In this document: one piece after another, positions 46,684 through 57,430 of the stretch
How the letters are laid out: each line of letters opens with the position of its first letter
Numbering within the stretch: position 1 is the first letter of the stretch
Virus record (IMG/VR): IMGVR_UViG_3300021387_001106
Location: 34,633 to 98,632 of that record
Strand: one strand, 5' to 3'
Length of the DNA: 64,000 bases
Source: a virus
Taxonomy: Duplodnaviria > Caudoviricetes
Position numbers and translations under genes: made by a program
Notes under the pieces: generated by a model
What the model was told of the DNA's origin: nothing
Database searches by the model: none
Seen by the model: the letters and a program-made list of their open reading frames with translations, nothing else

Positions 46684-47121
46684 ATGTCTGAAGTGAACAA
46701 CACAGAGAAACTGCGTGAGTGGCTCAGGGAATGCCCTGCTGTTTCGAAGACCAACCGTTTTCAGGCAGATTATCTCGGGGAGAACCCTACGGAGTACAGT
46801 ATCCAGTCGTCCCCATCCGCGCTCAGGAGCCACGAAAACATCCTTGGGGAAACTGTCCTCGACGACATCCAGTTCCAGAACTTTATCATTGCCTCACGGG
46901 AACCGTACGGCGGTGATGTCTTGCAGAACCTTGCGAACCTCGGGTTCTATCAGGACATGGCGGAATGGATCGTCGAACAGAACAACACCGGGAATTTCCC
47001 TGAGTGGGACGGAGGCACGGTGAAAGCTATCCTTCCCACCCTGACCGCCTATCCCGTACAGGGCGGGAGCAACATGGCGAAATACCAGATACAGATACAA
47101 GTCACTTACAGGAGGAACTAA
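46684..47121 (+). CDS. tail terminator/completion protein
   Basis: Position; ends YQIQIQVTY. Confidence 0.6.
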   Translation: MSEVNNTEKLREWLRECPAVSKTNRFQADYLGENPTEYSIQSSPSALRSHENILGETVLDDIQFQNFIIASREPYGGDVLQNLANLGFYQDMAEWIVEQNNTGNFPEWDGGTVKAILPTLTAYPVQGGSNMAKYQIQIQVTYRRN

Positions 47122-47124
47122 AGC

Positions 47125-47610
47125 ATGGGCAAGATTGAAAGAAAGTACCTTGCGCATTACCTCGATGCGTCCTTCAACGGCACGACCACAAACTATGTCC
47201 GGTTGGGCAAAGACCTTGAGTCGTACGCAGAGGAACTCAATCCGCAGGTTGATGTCAGCAAGAACATACTCGGTGAGCAGAACGTCGTCCATCAGGGCTA
47301 TGAGGTTCAGTCTGAGGTCAGCCCCTTCTATGCGGAAGAGGGCGATCCGCTCTGGGAGAAACTGGCAAACATCGCAAACAACCGCACCACAGGCGACGGC
47401 TGCATGAGCACCAGAGTAGAGTGCCTCATATCTGCTTCCGGGTCGGTCGAATGGGCTTTCAGGGAAGACGTCTATGTCGTACCACAGAGCCTTGGCGGCG
47501 ATACGAGCGGAGTCCAGATCCCGTTTACGGTCTACAATACAGGAAACCGTGTTGCGGGGTCTTTCAATATCAATACGAGGACATTCACACCTACTGCGAC
47601 TACGCCTTGA
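47125..47610 (+). CDS. major tail tube protein
   Basis: Position; followed by a terminator (47645-47673); ELNPQVDVSKNILG. Confidence 0.7.
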   Translation: MGKIERKYLAHYLDASFNGTTTNYVRLGKDLESYAEELNPQVDVSKNILGEQNVVHQGYEVQSEVSPFYAEEGDPLWEKLANIANNRTTGDGCMSTRVECLISASGSVEWAFREDVYVVPQSLGGDTSGVQIPFTVYNTGNRVAGSFNINTRTFTPTATTP

Positions 47611-47694
47611 TAAGAGAAAGGCCGTCTGAATACAAAGAACCACAGGGGAATCCATCAGGGTTCCCCGTTTTTTATTTAAGAGAGGGGGAATACC

Positions 47695-48177
47695 TTGGCT
47701 ACTGAAATCAAGAATACTGCGGCACTGTCAATCGTTGTTGACGACGGTTTTGTCCACGTACCCATGTACAACATGCACGGCGACAAGATCGGAGAGTTCT
47801 CTTTTCAGCCGACGGACGTGGACATCGTGAACCGCTTCAATGAATCCATGGAGAAGTTCGACGATGTGGTCGCGCCGCTCACGGCAGAGGCAGAGAAGGA
47901 AGACGGTGAAGCGGATTCCATCGAAGCCCTGAATGAGGCGAGGGACAGGCTGTTCAAGCTGTGCGATTACATCTTCAACACGGATACGGGGTCGAGCCTG
48001 TTCGGCAGGATGCACCCGTTCTCTCCCGTGAATGGGAAGTTCTACTGCGAGGAAGTGTTCGACAAGCTCGGCGCTTTCATTCAGGCACAGTTCGGTGAGG
48101 AAACGAAGAAGGTCAATGACCGGATGAAGAAGTATGTCGGCAAATACACACCGGCTAACAGGAGCAGGAAAAAATGA
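47695..48177 (+). CDS. tail assembly chaperone
   Basis: Between tube and Gp15-like gene. Confidence 0.65.
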   Translation: MATEIKNTAALSIVVDDGFVHVPMYNMHGDKIGEFSFQPTDVDIVNRFNESMEKFDDVVAPLTAEAEKEDGEADSIEALNEARDRLFKLCDYIFNTDTGSSLFGRMHPFSPVNGKFYCEEVFDKLGAFIQAQFGEETKKVNDRMKKYVGKYTPANRSRKK

Positions 48178-48740
48178 TCGGAGACCTTCCGATGACCCTT
48201 GAGGTCAATGGCTCTGAGTATCCAATAAGGACAGATTTCCGCGACATCCTCAGGATCATGTCGGCGTTCGAAGACCCAGATTTGGAGAATCAGGAGAAGG
48301 TCTTCGTAATGCTCTACATCATCTATCCGGACTTCGAGGACATCCCGAGGGAGGACCTTGAGGAAGCCTATAAAAAGGCTGCCTGGTTCATTGACTGCGG
48401 TGCCGACACGAAGGAAGAACCAAAAAAGAACCCACGGGTAGTTGACTGGGAACAGGATGAAAGACTTCTTTTCCCGGCGATCAATGCTGTGGCGGGACGC
48501 GAAGTCCGGTCAATGGAATATCTCCACTGGTGGACGTTCATGGGCTACTTCATGGAGATACGTGAGGGCACTTATTCACAGGTGCTGCAACTCAGGCATA
48601 AGAAGGCAAGAGGGAAAAAACTGGAAAAGTGGGAACGTGAATATTGGAACAACAACAGTGACATCTGCGTGATACACAAACGACTCAGTGAAGAGGAAAA
48701 GGCGGAACAGGAGTTCCTGAAAAATCTCCTTGACGGATGA
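48174..48740 (+). CDS. Gp15-family phage protein
   Basis: IRTDFR, DWEQD, YLHWWTF. Confidence 0.8.
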   Translation: MIGDLPMTLEVNGSEYPIRTDFRDILRIMSAFEDPDLENQEKVFVMLYIIYPDFEDIPREDLEEAYKKAAWFIDCGADTKEEPKKNPRVVDWEQDERLLFPAINAVAGREVRSMEYLHWWTFMGYFMEIREGTYSQVLQLRHKKARGKKLEKWEREYWNNNSDICVIHKRLSEEEKAEQEFLKNLLDG

Positions 48741-48757
48741 AATGAGGTGATGGAGCC

Positions 48758-51700
48758 ATGGCGAATGCAAACCCTATGTCGCTTAAATTCGATACAGAAC
48801 TGGACAACAAGGGGTTTGAGAAAGGCTCCAGTGAACTCCAGAAAGCGCTTCAGTCCCTGCGCGAGAAGTTCATAAAGCTGTCCGGTGATATGAGCGGCGC
48901 GTTCGACCTGAAGACATTCGGGGACAACCTGAAGAACATTTCCCGTGGGACCGAGGACTTTGAGAGAGACCTCATGGAACTCCGAAAAACCATGGAGAGC
49001 ATAGACATGACCGACACCTTTATACAGGCTGAGTCAAGGCTTGCTCTTCTGACAAAGATGGTGGAAGAGTTCGGGAGAAGAACCTACACGCTCGAAGACG
49101 GTACAGTGGTCGTCGGGAAACAATCAGAACAGTATGACTACCTCACAGAAGCACTTACGACCCTGAGGGAGAAGATAGACGAGGTCGACGAATCACAGAA
49201 GAGTACCATAGGCAATTATGAAGATATTAACTTCTATGTAGATGAGTTCAGGGAAACGATAGAGAAAATTAGTGATAACCCAACATGGGAAGAAACCGCC
49301 GCAGCCATTAAAGAACTGAAGCGGCAGATGGAAGAGCTCGGCGGACACGACTTTGAAATCAACGGAGAAACATTAAGCGGAAAATCGACAGAGGCATACA
49401 GACAGATGGGAGAAGCTGTAGGAGAGCTTGAGGGAAGGCTCGACTCCTTCTCCCACAGCGCGGCATGGTCTCAGATGGAAGAGAACTATCAGAAGATGCC
49501 TACCCTGTCAGATATGGTTTCTGACTCCACACAGAACGCTTTCTCTAAAATGGAACAAGCAGTTACACAGGCGAGTTTCAACCTAAAACAGGCAATCGAC
49601 AATCCGATTGGAGCCATGGACAAGTTTGGTCTTGCCGCAGCCACTGCCGCTGTCAACATAGGCGGCATGGTTGCAAGCAATGTAATTGGATTCTTCATAA
49701 GCCTTGGTGCAGCGCTTGCTCAGATACCCGGTAAGATCGCACAAATGGGCATAGACCGTGTAGTCAAAGGCTTGAAAAGCCTTGGCAGTGCAGCGCTCGG
49801 GGCGGCAAAAAACCTTGCAAAACTCGGCATTAACACAGCAGCAAATGCCCTCAAGAAGGTCAACGGATTTGCTCTCAACGCCGCGAAATCGCTTGGGAAG
49901 ATGGTCGCAAGCAAGATAACGAACGGCATGAGGAGTCTTGCCTCAAATATCCTCGGAGTTGGCAGAAATGCCAAGGCTATGGGGCGTCAGGCAACCATGT
50001 CGTTTAAGCAAGTGCTTAGTTATGCGGTTGGTATTGGGTCACTTGCGGCACTCTTCGGGAAACTCAGAAATGCAGTGCAGGAGGGCTTCTCCAAGATATT
50101 GGAGAGCGACCCGGCGCTTGCTCAGACAGTTAACAACATGAAAGCATCTGTGGAGCAGCTGAAGGTGAGCTTTGCGGCGGCTTTCCTCCCCCTGATACAG
50201 ATCGTTCTCCCGGTCATCAATACTATCATTAACGCTTTATCAAAAGCCGTCAGCTACATCGGCATGTTCATAGCCGCGCTGACAGGGCAGAAGACATACA
50301 AAGCCGCAGTAGCAGGCCAGAATGCTGTGGCCGGCGCTGCGGATAATGCCGCAGATTCATATAACAACGCCGCCAAAGCGGCAAAGGAAGAACAGAAAAC
50401 AGTAGCCAGTTTCGATGAACTGCATCAGCTTGCCGGTCCGAACGACAACAGCAGCGGAGGCGGTGGCGGTGGTGGTGGAAACGGCGGAGGCTACTCCCTT
50501 CAGGATATGCCGGTGGCGTCTGACATAGACGATCTCGCGAAAAAACTGAAGGAGATGTGGGACTTGGCAGACTTCACCGAACTTGGTAAGAAGCTCGGTG
50601 AGGGGCTCAAGAGGCTCCTCGAAAGCATCCCATGGGACAAGATAAAGGAGATAGCAAGGAAGCTCGGAAAAAGTCTTGCAACGCTCTTGAACGGCTTCAT
50701 GGAAGTCCCCGGACTGTTCGAACTTCTGGGCAAGACACTTGCGGAGGGCATCAATACCATCTTTGAGCTGCTGAACGCATTTGTTACCAACCTTCACTGG
50801 GACAGCCTCGGCAGGGCAATTAAGGATTTCGTCCTTGGCCTTTTGAACAACATTGACTGGCCGCTGATATTTGACACGTTCGCCAAACTTGGCGCGGGTA
50901 TCGGAACGGCCTTGGAAGAGGCGTTAGATAACCCGGAGATATGGACGGCTATCTTTACGACAATATCCAATGTCATAAAGTCACTGCTGTTGCTCATCTA
51001 CAACCTGTTCGATGTGCCAAACTGGGCGAGCATAGCGCAGAACATCGGTATAGGTCTGAATCAGGGCATTGAGGAGTTTCCTTGGGAGTTGTTATCAGAA
51101 ACGATTTCAACAGTCCTCAATGCGTTCTTTGACTTTGCCTATAACCTGCTGACCACATTCGATTTTAAGGGTGCTGGTGCGCATATTGGTCAGTCTATCA
51201 TGGACGCCATAACCGGGACGGATTGGGCAACCGGGGCGGCGGCTTTTGCCGCCTTTATAAATGGACTTTACGATTTCTTAAACGGAATATGGGAAACCGT
51301 AGAGTGGGGAGAACTCGGTGGGAAAGTCATAGAAGCCATCGCGGGATTCTTCAATGAGATAGATTTCAGCAAATGGAGCGAATGGGTCAGCAACATTTTT
51401 ATCGCCCTGTTCGATTTCCTGACAGGCGCTGTCGAAGAAGTTGACTGGGCAAATCTCCCTGACAACATCCTTGCCAAGATAGGCGAGTTCATGGACGGGT
51501 TTGACTGGGAGGGCATAGGAACTGCTCTTACAAACCTGTTCGATGCACTCTCAACTGCACTCAAGGAAATAGACTGGGCGTCGATACCCGGAAAGATCGT
51601 CGATGGGATAAGTGAGTTCTTCTCGAATTTCAACTGGGACGAGATGGCTGATACCGCCATGACACTTCTGGGAAATGCCCTCGGTGCCGCTGTCGAGCTG

Positions 51701-53641
51701 CTGGTGGCAGTTGGCGGCCTAATCTACGAAGCGTTCGGAAATATCGTAGACGGCGGTCTTGAGGGCATCGTTGATGCGCTTGCAAATATCGGGACATGGC
51801 TATACGACCATGTGCTTACCCCTATCGTTGATGGCTTCAGGGAAGTCTTTGATATGCACTCGCCATCAGAGGTCATGAAGCCTCTCGGTGTTGACATAAT
51901 CAATGGTATCGGTGAGGGCATCATCTCATGGATAACCGGTATCCCGGCTTGGCTCGCAGAGCACGTTGGCGGCCCGTTCGTCAACGGCATCATGGATCTG
52001 TTCGGAATCGGCTCTGGTGACCCCGCTCTGAAAAGCTCAGGTATGGGCGTTATCGAAGGCATGAAAGAAGGTATGTCGAATGCCCTGTCTGGTGCCTTCG
52101 AATGGGTCAGGAACAATGTCACGGGAAATGTCATAGACCCTATTAAAGAGGGCCTCGGTGCCGGGAACGGGTCTTCTACTGTTACATCAGAATACGGCGC
52201 AGAAGTAGCAGCTGGACTTAGGTCTGGTATTGAGGCTAATTCTGGCAATCTTACTTCAGCCGGCACGGGCCTTGTCAATTCGGTCTTGACGCCTATCAAG
52301 GCTGGATTTGGCATAAACGGCGGTACATCGACTGTGCTTTTGCAGTACGGCGGTGCGCTTGTTGAATCTCTGAAAAACGGAATCGGGAACGGCGCGAGTG
52401 CGGTAGTAACGGCTGTTACAGGTATCGCACAAAAGATGATGCAAGCGTTCCAAAGCATCAAATGGGACTCCACGGGGAGTGAAATCATAAGTGGAATCTC
52501 AAATGGGATACGGAGTACCGCCTCGAAAATCACAGATGCATTTAAGAACCTGGTCTCTGGAATTGTAACACTTATAAAGGACACGAAATGGAGTGATCTT
52601 GGAGTCACTTCGATACAGGGGATTATTGGGGGATTAAAGGCGACAGTTGGAAACGTCATAAACATCTTCAAGGAGATGCTTGCGGCAGTCCTTCAGATGT
52701 TTAAAACGGTCAACTGGAACGCTGTCGGCACATATGTGCTGAAGGAGATAGGAACCGGTATCAGTAAAACAGTCAGCGATGTTATTAAGACTGTGGACGA
52801 TTTCATTTCTAAAATCAAAAAAGCCTTTGAACAGGTGGAATGGAACAAAGTAGGTTCCTTTGTTGTTGAGAAAATACAAAATGGATTATCTGGCGGTGCT
52901 CGCGACTTAGCCAATACCGCAACGAATATTGCGTCTAACTTGTTTAATGCTTTCCAGAACAGTAACTGGGAAAGTATCGGTAACAGTATCTGTGCTGGTA
53001 TTAACAATGGACTCCTGAACGGATGGGACTGGCTTACTCAGACAGCATGGAATCTGGCAAACAACATCTTCTGGGCTGCTTGTAATGCACTGGGCATCAA
53101 CTCTCCTTCCAAAGAGTTCCAGTGGATGGGCGAGATGGTTACGGAAGGTATGGTCAAAGGTATCGAAGATACCGAGAGGGACGCCGTCAACACTGCGGAG
53201 GCCATGGCTGAAGCGGTCGTGGACGGAGCCAACGGTGCCAAGCCTGTCATCTCCCTTGATACGACAGTGGACGGAATAGACGGAGTATTATCATCCTTTG
53301 CCGACAGGGTAACGGACAGCTTTGCGGCAATGGTCGCACGCATGGAACAGATCGCCGCCGGGTCATCTTTCTATGTACCGGCTGCGGCTGCGGGAACGTT
53401 AGCACCTTACGGGGCAGGGGTCGGTTCCGGTGGGAGCGGTATGGACGTTCTCAACGAGATACTGAACCGCCTGACCATGGCAGAGAATCAGCGTATCACG
53501 AGGGGAGACCTTCGGGATGTGCTCACAGATGTGGTTTCAGAGTACCTTGACATTAGCTTCTACCTCGGTGACGAGCAGGTAGCACGGAGCGCGAACCGTG
53601 GCAATGAACGTATAAACAGACGGTATAAGTCGGTAGAGTGA
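48758..53641 (+). CDS. tail tape measure protein
   Basis: 1627 aa; SFDELHQL; periodic W repeats (DW..lG); HSPS and NSPS motifs. Confidence 0.9.
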   Translation: MANANPMSLKFDTELDNKGFEKGSSELQKALQSLREKFIKLSGDMSGAFDLKTFGDNLKNISRGTEDFERDLMELRKTMESIDMTDTFIQAESRLALLTKMVEEFGRRTYTLEDGTVVVGKQSEQYDYLTEALTTLREKIDEVDESQKSTIGNYEDINFYVDEFRETIEKISDNPTWEETAAAIKELKRQMEELGGHDFEINGETLSGKSTEAYRQMGEAVGELEGRLDSFSHSAAWSQMEENYQKMPTLSDMVSDSTQNAFSKMEQAVTQASFNLKQAIDNPIGAMDKFGLAAATAAVNIGGMVASNVIGFFISLGAALAQIPGKIAQMGIDRVVKGLKSLGSAALGAAKNLAKLGINTAANALKKVNGFALNAAKSLGKMVASKITNGMRSLASNILGVGRNAKAMGRQATMSFKQVLSYAVGIGSLAALFGKLRNAVQEGFSKILESDPALAQTVNNMKASVEQLKVSFAAAFLPLIQIVLPVINTIINALSKAVSYIGMFIAALTGQKTYKAAVAGQNAVAGAADNAADSYNNAAKAAKEEQKTVASFDELHQLAGPNDNSSGGGGGGGGNGGGYSLQDMPVASDIDDLAKKLKEMWDLADFTELGKKLGEGLKRLLESIPWDKIKEIARKLGKSLATLLNGFMEVPGLFELLGKTLAEGINTIFELLNAFVTNLHWDSLGRAIKDFVLGLLNNIDWPLIFDTFAKLGAGIGTALEEALDNPEIWTAIFTTISNVIKSLLLLIYNLFDVPNWASIAQNIGIGLNQGIEEFPWELLSETISTVLNAFFDFAYNLLTTFDFKGAGAHIGQSIMDAITGTDWATGAAAFAAFINGLYDFLNGIWETVEWGELGGKVIEAIAGFFNEIDFSKWSEWVSNIFIALFDFLTGAVEEVDWANLPDNILAKIGEFMDGFDWEGIGTALTNLFDALSTALKEIDWASIPGKIVDGISEFFSNFNWDEMADTAMTLLGNALGAAVELLVAVGGLIYEAFGNIVDGGLEGIVDALANIGTWLYDHVLTPIVDGFREVFDMHSPSEVMKPLGVDIINGIGEGIISWITGIPAWLAEHVGGPFVNGIMDLFGIGSGDPALKSSGMGVIEGMKEGMSNALSGAFEWVRNNVTGNVIDPIKEGLGAGNGSSTVTSEYGAEVAAGLRSGIEANSGNLTSAGTGLVNSVLTPIKAGFGINGGTSTVLLQYGGALVESLKNGIGNGASAVVTAVTGIAQKMMQAFQSIKWDSTGSEIISGISNGIRSTASKITDAFKNLVSGIVTLIKDTKWSDLGVTSIQGIIGGLKATVGNVINIFKEMLAAVLQMFKTVNWNAVGTYVLKEIGTGISKTVSDVIKTVDDFISKIKKAFEQVEWNKVGSFVVEKIQNGLSGGARDLANTATNIASNLFNAFQNSNWESIGNSICAGINNGLLNGWDWLTQTAWNLANNIFWAACNALGINSPSKEFQWMGEMVTEGMVKGIEDTERDAVNTAEAMAEAVVDGANGAKPVISLDTTVDGIDGVLSSFADRVTDSFAAMVARMEQIAAGSSFYVPAAAAGTLAPYGAGVGSGGSGMDVLNEILNRLTMAENQRITRGDLRDVLTDVVSEYLDISFYLGDEQVARSANRGNERINRRYKSVE

Positions 53642-53660
53642 GTGAAGGGAGGTGGATGAT

Positions 53661-54032
53661 ATGGCTGTGACAATGCCGTTTAAGATAGACAACACGTACA
53701 TCCCGACCCCTGATTCATACAAGGCAGGGATACAGGATCTGTCGAGCAAGGAGTCGGGCCGTAACCTCAAGGGCACGATGGAAAAGGACATCGTTGCTGT
53801 AAAGGCTACATACGAGTGCCAGTGGTCTGTGCTCACATGGTCGGAACTGAGCACTATTCTGAACGCCGTGGAGGGGAAGAAGAATTTCCTGTTCACACAT
53901 GCAGACCCAAGACGCCCGAACGTATGGGTGCAGGGCAGGTTCTATGTCGGTGACAGAACGGCGGCGGCTCTGAACCTGAACGACCCTCAGTACACATGGA
54001 GCGGTCTTGCAATGAAATTTGTTGAGGTGTAA
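53661..54032 (+). CDS. distal tail protein (DUF6711-like)
   Basis: Follows TMP; SGRNLKGTM...FYVGDR. Confidence 0.7.
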   Translation: MAVTMPFKIDNTYIPTPDSYKAGIQDLSSKESGRNLKGTMEKDIVAVKATYECQWSVLTWSELSTILNAVEGKKNFLFTHADPRRPNVWVQGRFYVGDRTAAALNLNDPQYTWSGLAMKFVEV

Positions 54033-54035
54033 TTC

Positions 54036-56870
54036 GTGATAAGCGTAGATAACCGAATCAAGCAAGCCATAAGCAGCAGCAACAAGAATTACCTTGTGTA
54101 CGCCACGATCACGCTTGCAAACAGTCAGGGGACTTTAAACCTCACAAATGAAGACTTATGGGAAAACGGGGGCTTTGCGAAAGAAGAAGCAGTCTCCGAG
54201 GACAATAAGTTTTCCGCATTGGGGGCGACCATCATCGGTTCCGCCACGTTAGCCATAAAGAATCAGGAGGAAGCCTACTCCACATACGACTTTACGAATG
54301 CAAAGGTAGCTATAAACCTGAACATCGAAGGCGTTGAGGCTTCCTCATTCCGGGTGGGGACATACACGGTCGACGAGGCGACCTACACGGAGGCTTCCAT
54401 CAACCTGTCCATGCTTGACAACATGGAGCAGTTCGACAGGCCGTATGGCACAGGGTCGAGTACGAGGGGATTGTCCTACCCCGCAACGCTGTTCCAGATC
54501 GTCAATGCGGCGTGCCTTGACTGCGGCGTACCTCTGAACGGAACATCATTCCCTAACCACACGTTTCAGATTGATGAAGCGTTTCCTACGGACGGCCTTA
54601 CATACCGTGAAGTGGTCGGCATGGCGGCGGCTATAGCAGGATGCTACGCAAAATGCAACCCGATGGGATACCTTACACTTGCATGGTTCGACCGGACGAA
54701 CCTTGATGCATGGAGGACGGCTTACAACAATAACAGGACACCGTCAACGACCGTACGGAATAGTATGCACTACTTCACATCCCTGTTTTCGCAGGAGATA
54801 AGCGTTGACCCGGTCATTATCACTGGCGTCAGTATCACGTATGAAAAGACGGATACAGATGGGAAGAAGCAGACATATACGACGACTCCATACGGAACAA
54901 CCGGGTACGTCATCGGGATAGAGAAGAATGAACTGCTCAACGCGTGCACGGTCGCCAAGATACAGACTGTATGCAACCGCATCGGCGCACAGCTCGTGGG
55001 GCTTACGTTCCGAAAAGTGTCCATCTCCCACACCTCAGACCCTACCATAGAAGCAGGTGACATAGCTGCTGTATGGGACCGCAGGGACAGGGGCTATCCG
55101 ATGCTTGTCACCCGGACGAACTTTACTGCGTACAGTCAGCAGAAGACCATATCGGGGGCGGAGACACCTTCAAGGAACAACGCTACCAGATACAGCTGGA
55201 CAACGAAGAACTACATAGAATCTCAAAAGCGGCTCAACGAGGAGAAGTCACTCAGGGAGATTATAGAACAGCAGATATTGGATGCCATAGATGGCGCATC
55301 TGGGCTCTACTATCATGCGGATAATACCCAAACGCCGCCTATTTATTATTTGCACAACTTTGAAGATTTTGATTCGTCGCCGGTCAGGATCATGTTTTCT
55401 TCTGCTGGTATCATGCTCACGGCAAATGGCACGGACGCAAATCCGACATGGTATGGACTCACTGCAAACGGCACGATGCTTGTAAACCTTCTGCGAACAA
55501 CGGGATTTAGTTTCGACTGGGCAAATGGTGGAACACTTTCGTTGGGCGGTCAAGGGAACGGAGACGGGGTTCTTGAAGTACATGATGCAAGTAATACCGT
55601 AATAGGAAAATGGGATAATACCGGGATAAATATCTCTTCCGGGACGATTTCGGGGCCGAATATTACGGTTGGTGGCAACAATAATGTTAACGGGACTATC
55701 ACTGTTAAAAACGCTTCGGGAACGACTATTGGGACGTGGAACAATAACGGCATCAATCTATCTGCTGGTACGATTGCAGGGCCTAATATCACGGTCGGTG
55801 GGAGTAATAACGCAAACGGAACCATTACCGTTAAAAATGCTTCGGGCACAACCATCGGGACATGGGATAACACAGGGATAAATCTTTCCGCTGGCACTAT
55901 ATCTGGTCCAAACATCACAGTTGGTGGAAACAATAATGCGAATGGAGTTCTTACCGTCAAGAATGCATCTGGCACAACCATCGGAACATGGAATAATGCT
56001 GGGATAAATGTTACCTCTGGAACGATTTCCGGTACGACTATAAGCGTAGGTGGGGCAAATGACAAAAACGGCATTATCAATGTTTATGACTCAAGCAATG
56101 ACCTGGGGCTACGCGTAAGTAATAGTGGGATTTGCCTATATCACTCTTCATCTTCCTCAGCGAAGACGTTTATAAATAAAGGAACAGTAAACGGAAAGTA
56201 TTGTTGCAAAATTAACACTCAATCACAAACCACTACATATCTTTATGTTACGGGGACGGATGCGGAGGTTGTTGTTGGTGGGTCGACTTATAGTAGTTGC
56301 ACACGAATAAACAATGGTACAACGCGCCTTAATGGAAATTGTTTAGTTACGGATTGTCTGAGGGTTTATAACACCGGCGGTTGGAGTGCCGGGTATATTT
56401 ATACAGCTAATTTAGTGGCATCTGGTTCTAAATCTCGGCAGGCTAAAACGGAAAATTATGGTGACCGGTTGCTGTACTGCTATGAAACTCCAACACCGAT
56501 GTTTGGAGACCTGGGAACAGGTACGTTAGACGAAAATGGAGAGGCGTATATATCTATTGATGACATCTTTAGCGAAACAATCAAGAGCGATATTGAATAC
56601 TATGTTTTCCTCCAAAAACAAAGTGAGGATGACATATGGGTGAGTGAAAAGGACACAGGGTACTTTGTTGTCAAAGGAACTCCAAATGCAAAATTCATGT
56701 GGGAAATAAAAGCTGCGCAAAGAGGGTTCAGCGACAGAAGGCTTGAAATGCCAGAATACGGGCTTGAAGATACTAATATAAGGGAAGCAGAGCAAAACTT
56801 TGTAGGCATTTACGATTACCCAGAATATTTTATTAACAAACAGGAGGAACTGTTGTATGAAACAGCTTAG
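54036..56870 (+). CDS. tail tip/hub protein with 42-aa beta repeats
   Basis: DPTIEAGD; repeats; C-terminal YCYETPTPMFGD motif. Confidence 0.75.
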   Translation: MISVDNRIKQAISSSNKNYLVYATITLANSQGTLNLTNEDLWENGGFAKEEAVSEDNKFSALGATIIGSATLAIKNQEEAYSTYDFTNAKVAINLNIEGVEASSFRVGTYTVDEATYTEASINLSMLDNMEQFDRPYGTGSSTRGLSYPATLFQIVNAACLDCGVPLNGTSFPNHTFQIDEAFPTDGLTYREVVGMAAAIAGCYAKCNPMGYLTLAWFDRTNLDAWRTAYNNNRTPSTTVRNSMHYFTSLFSQEISVDPVIITGVSITYEKTDTDGKKQTYTTTPYGTTGYVIGIEKNELLNACTVAKIQTVCNRIGAQLVGLTFRKVSISHTSDPTIEAGDIAAVWDRRDRGYPMLVTRTNFTAYSQQKTISGAETPSRNNATRYSWTTKNYIESQKRLNEEKSLREIIEQQILDAIDGASGLYYHADNTQTPPIYYLHNFEDFDSSPVRIMFSSAGIMLTANGTDANPTWYGLTANGTMLVNLLRTTGFSFDWANGGTLSLGGQGNGDGVLEVHDASNTVIGKWDNTGINISSGTISGPNITVGGNNNVNGTITVKNASGTTIGTWNNNGINLSAGTIAGPNITVGGSNNANGTITVKNASGTTIGTWDNTGINLSAGTISGPNITVGGNNNANGVLTVKNASGTTIGTWNNAGINVTSGTISGTTISVGGANDKNGIINVYDSSNDLGLRVSNSGICLYHSSSSSAKTFINKGTVNGKYCCKINTQSQTTTYLYVTGTDAEVVVGGSTYSSCTRINNGTTRLNGNCLVTDCLRVYNTGGWSAGYIYTANLVASGSKSRQAKTENYGDRLLYCYETPTPMFGDLGTGTLDENGEAYISIDDIFSETIKSDIEYYVFLQKQSEDDIWVSEKDTGYFVVKGTPNAKFMWEIKAAQRGFSDRRLEMPEYGLEDTNIREAEQNFVGIYDYPEYFINKQEELLYETA
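55530..56130 (+). repeat. 126-bp (42-aa) tandem repeats
   Basis: Units start at 55641, 55767, 55893 and 56019, with degenerate flanks. Confidence 0.9.
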
Positions 56871-57054
56871 TAGTTTTCTGGTGTTGAACATTAACGGTGG
56901 TGACCGAATCGCTTTCACCTATGATGAAATTGACGGAAAGACGGGCGAGGTAATTGCTCAGAATACAAAGGAAAGTTTTTTTGTGGTTGATGAATCTATC
57001 AGAAAAAAGATTAACGATATAAGGAACTATATCCGGGATAACAAATTGTCATAA
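56857..57054 (+). CDS. small tail-associated protein
   Basis: AGGAGG RBS; overlaps the upstream gene. Confidence 0.65.
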   Translation: MKQLSSFLVLNINGGDRIAFTYDEIDGKTGEVIAQNTKESFFVVDESIRKKINDIRNYIRDNKLS

Positions 57055-57064
57055 AGGAGTAACT

Positions 57065-57259
57065 ATGCAAAATAAAGAAAAGCCGTTAGAAGTGGCATAT
57101 AGGGAATTTGTTGATGCTATCGTAAAAACAGTCAACAGTTGTGAACTGCCGCCCTTTATTTGCGTTCTTGCATTGAAAGATATACTGACGGAACTCAATA
57201 AAGCCGCCGAGGACGGGTATCAGCAAGCGCTCTCTTTATACAACGCTAAAGAAGGATAA
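57065..57259 (+). CDS. small hypothetical protein
   Basis: AAGGAG RBS. Confidence 0.65.
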   Translation: MQNKEKPLEVAYREFVDAIVKTVNSCELPPFICVLALKDILTELNKAAEDGYQQALSLYNAKEG

Positions 57260-57430
57260 CCATATTATCAATCACAAAAAGACTATAAGATGAATGAACT
57301 ATAAAGCGGTCAACTTATATGAAAATGATATAAAGACATCTTAGAAACGTTTTATGAAGTTCGTAAATAAGCGTATGTAACAGCACAGCCGGTGGCAGGT
57401 GCTTTTTTTATGTCCAAAAGGAGGACGTCT

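Noticed and set aside
48160-48180. Programmed frameshift between tail chaperone genes (GGAAAAAA)
   Set aside because: The downstream Gp15-like gene has its own AGGAG RBS and ATGA-coupled start; a frameshift is not needed, though not excluded
55530-56130. DGR template/variable repeat pair
   Set aside because: Tandem in-frame repeats; differences are not adenine-specific; no reverse transcriptase in the window
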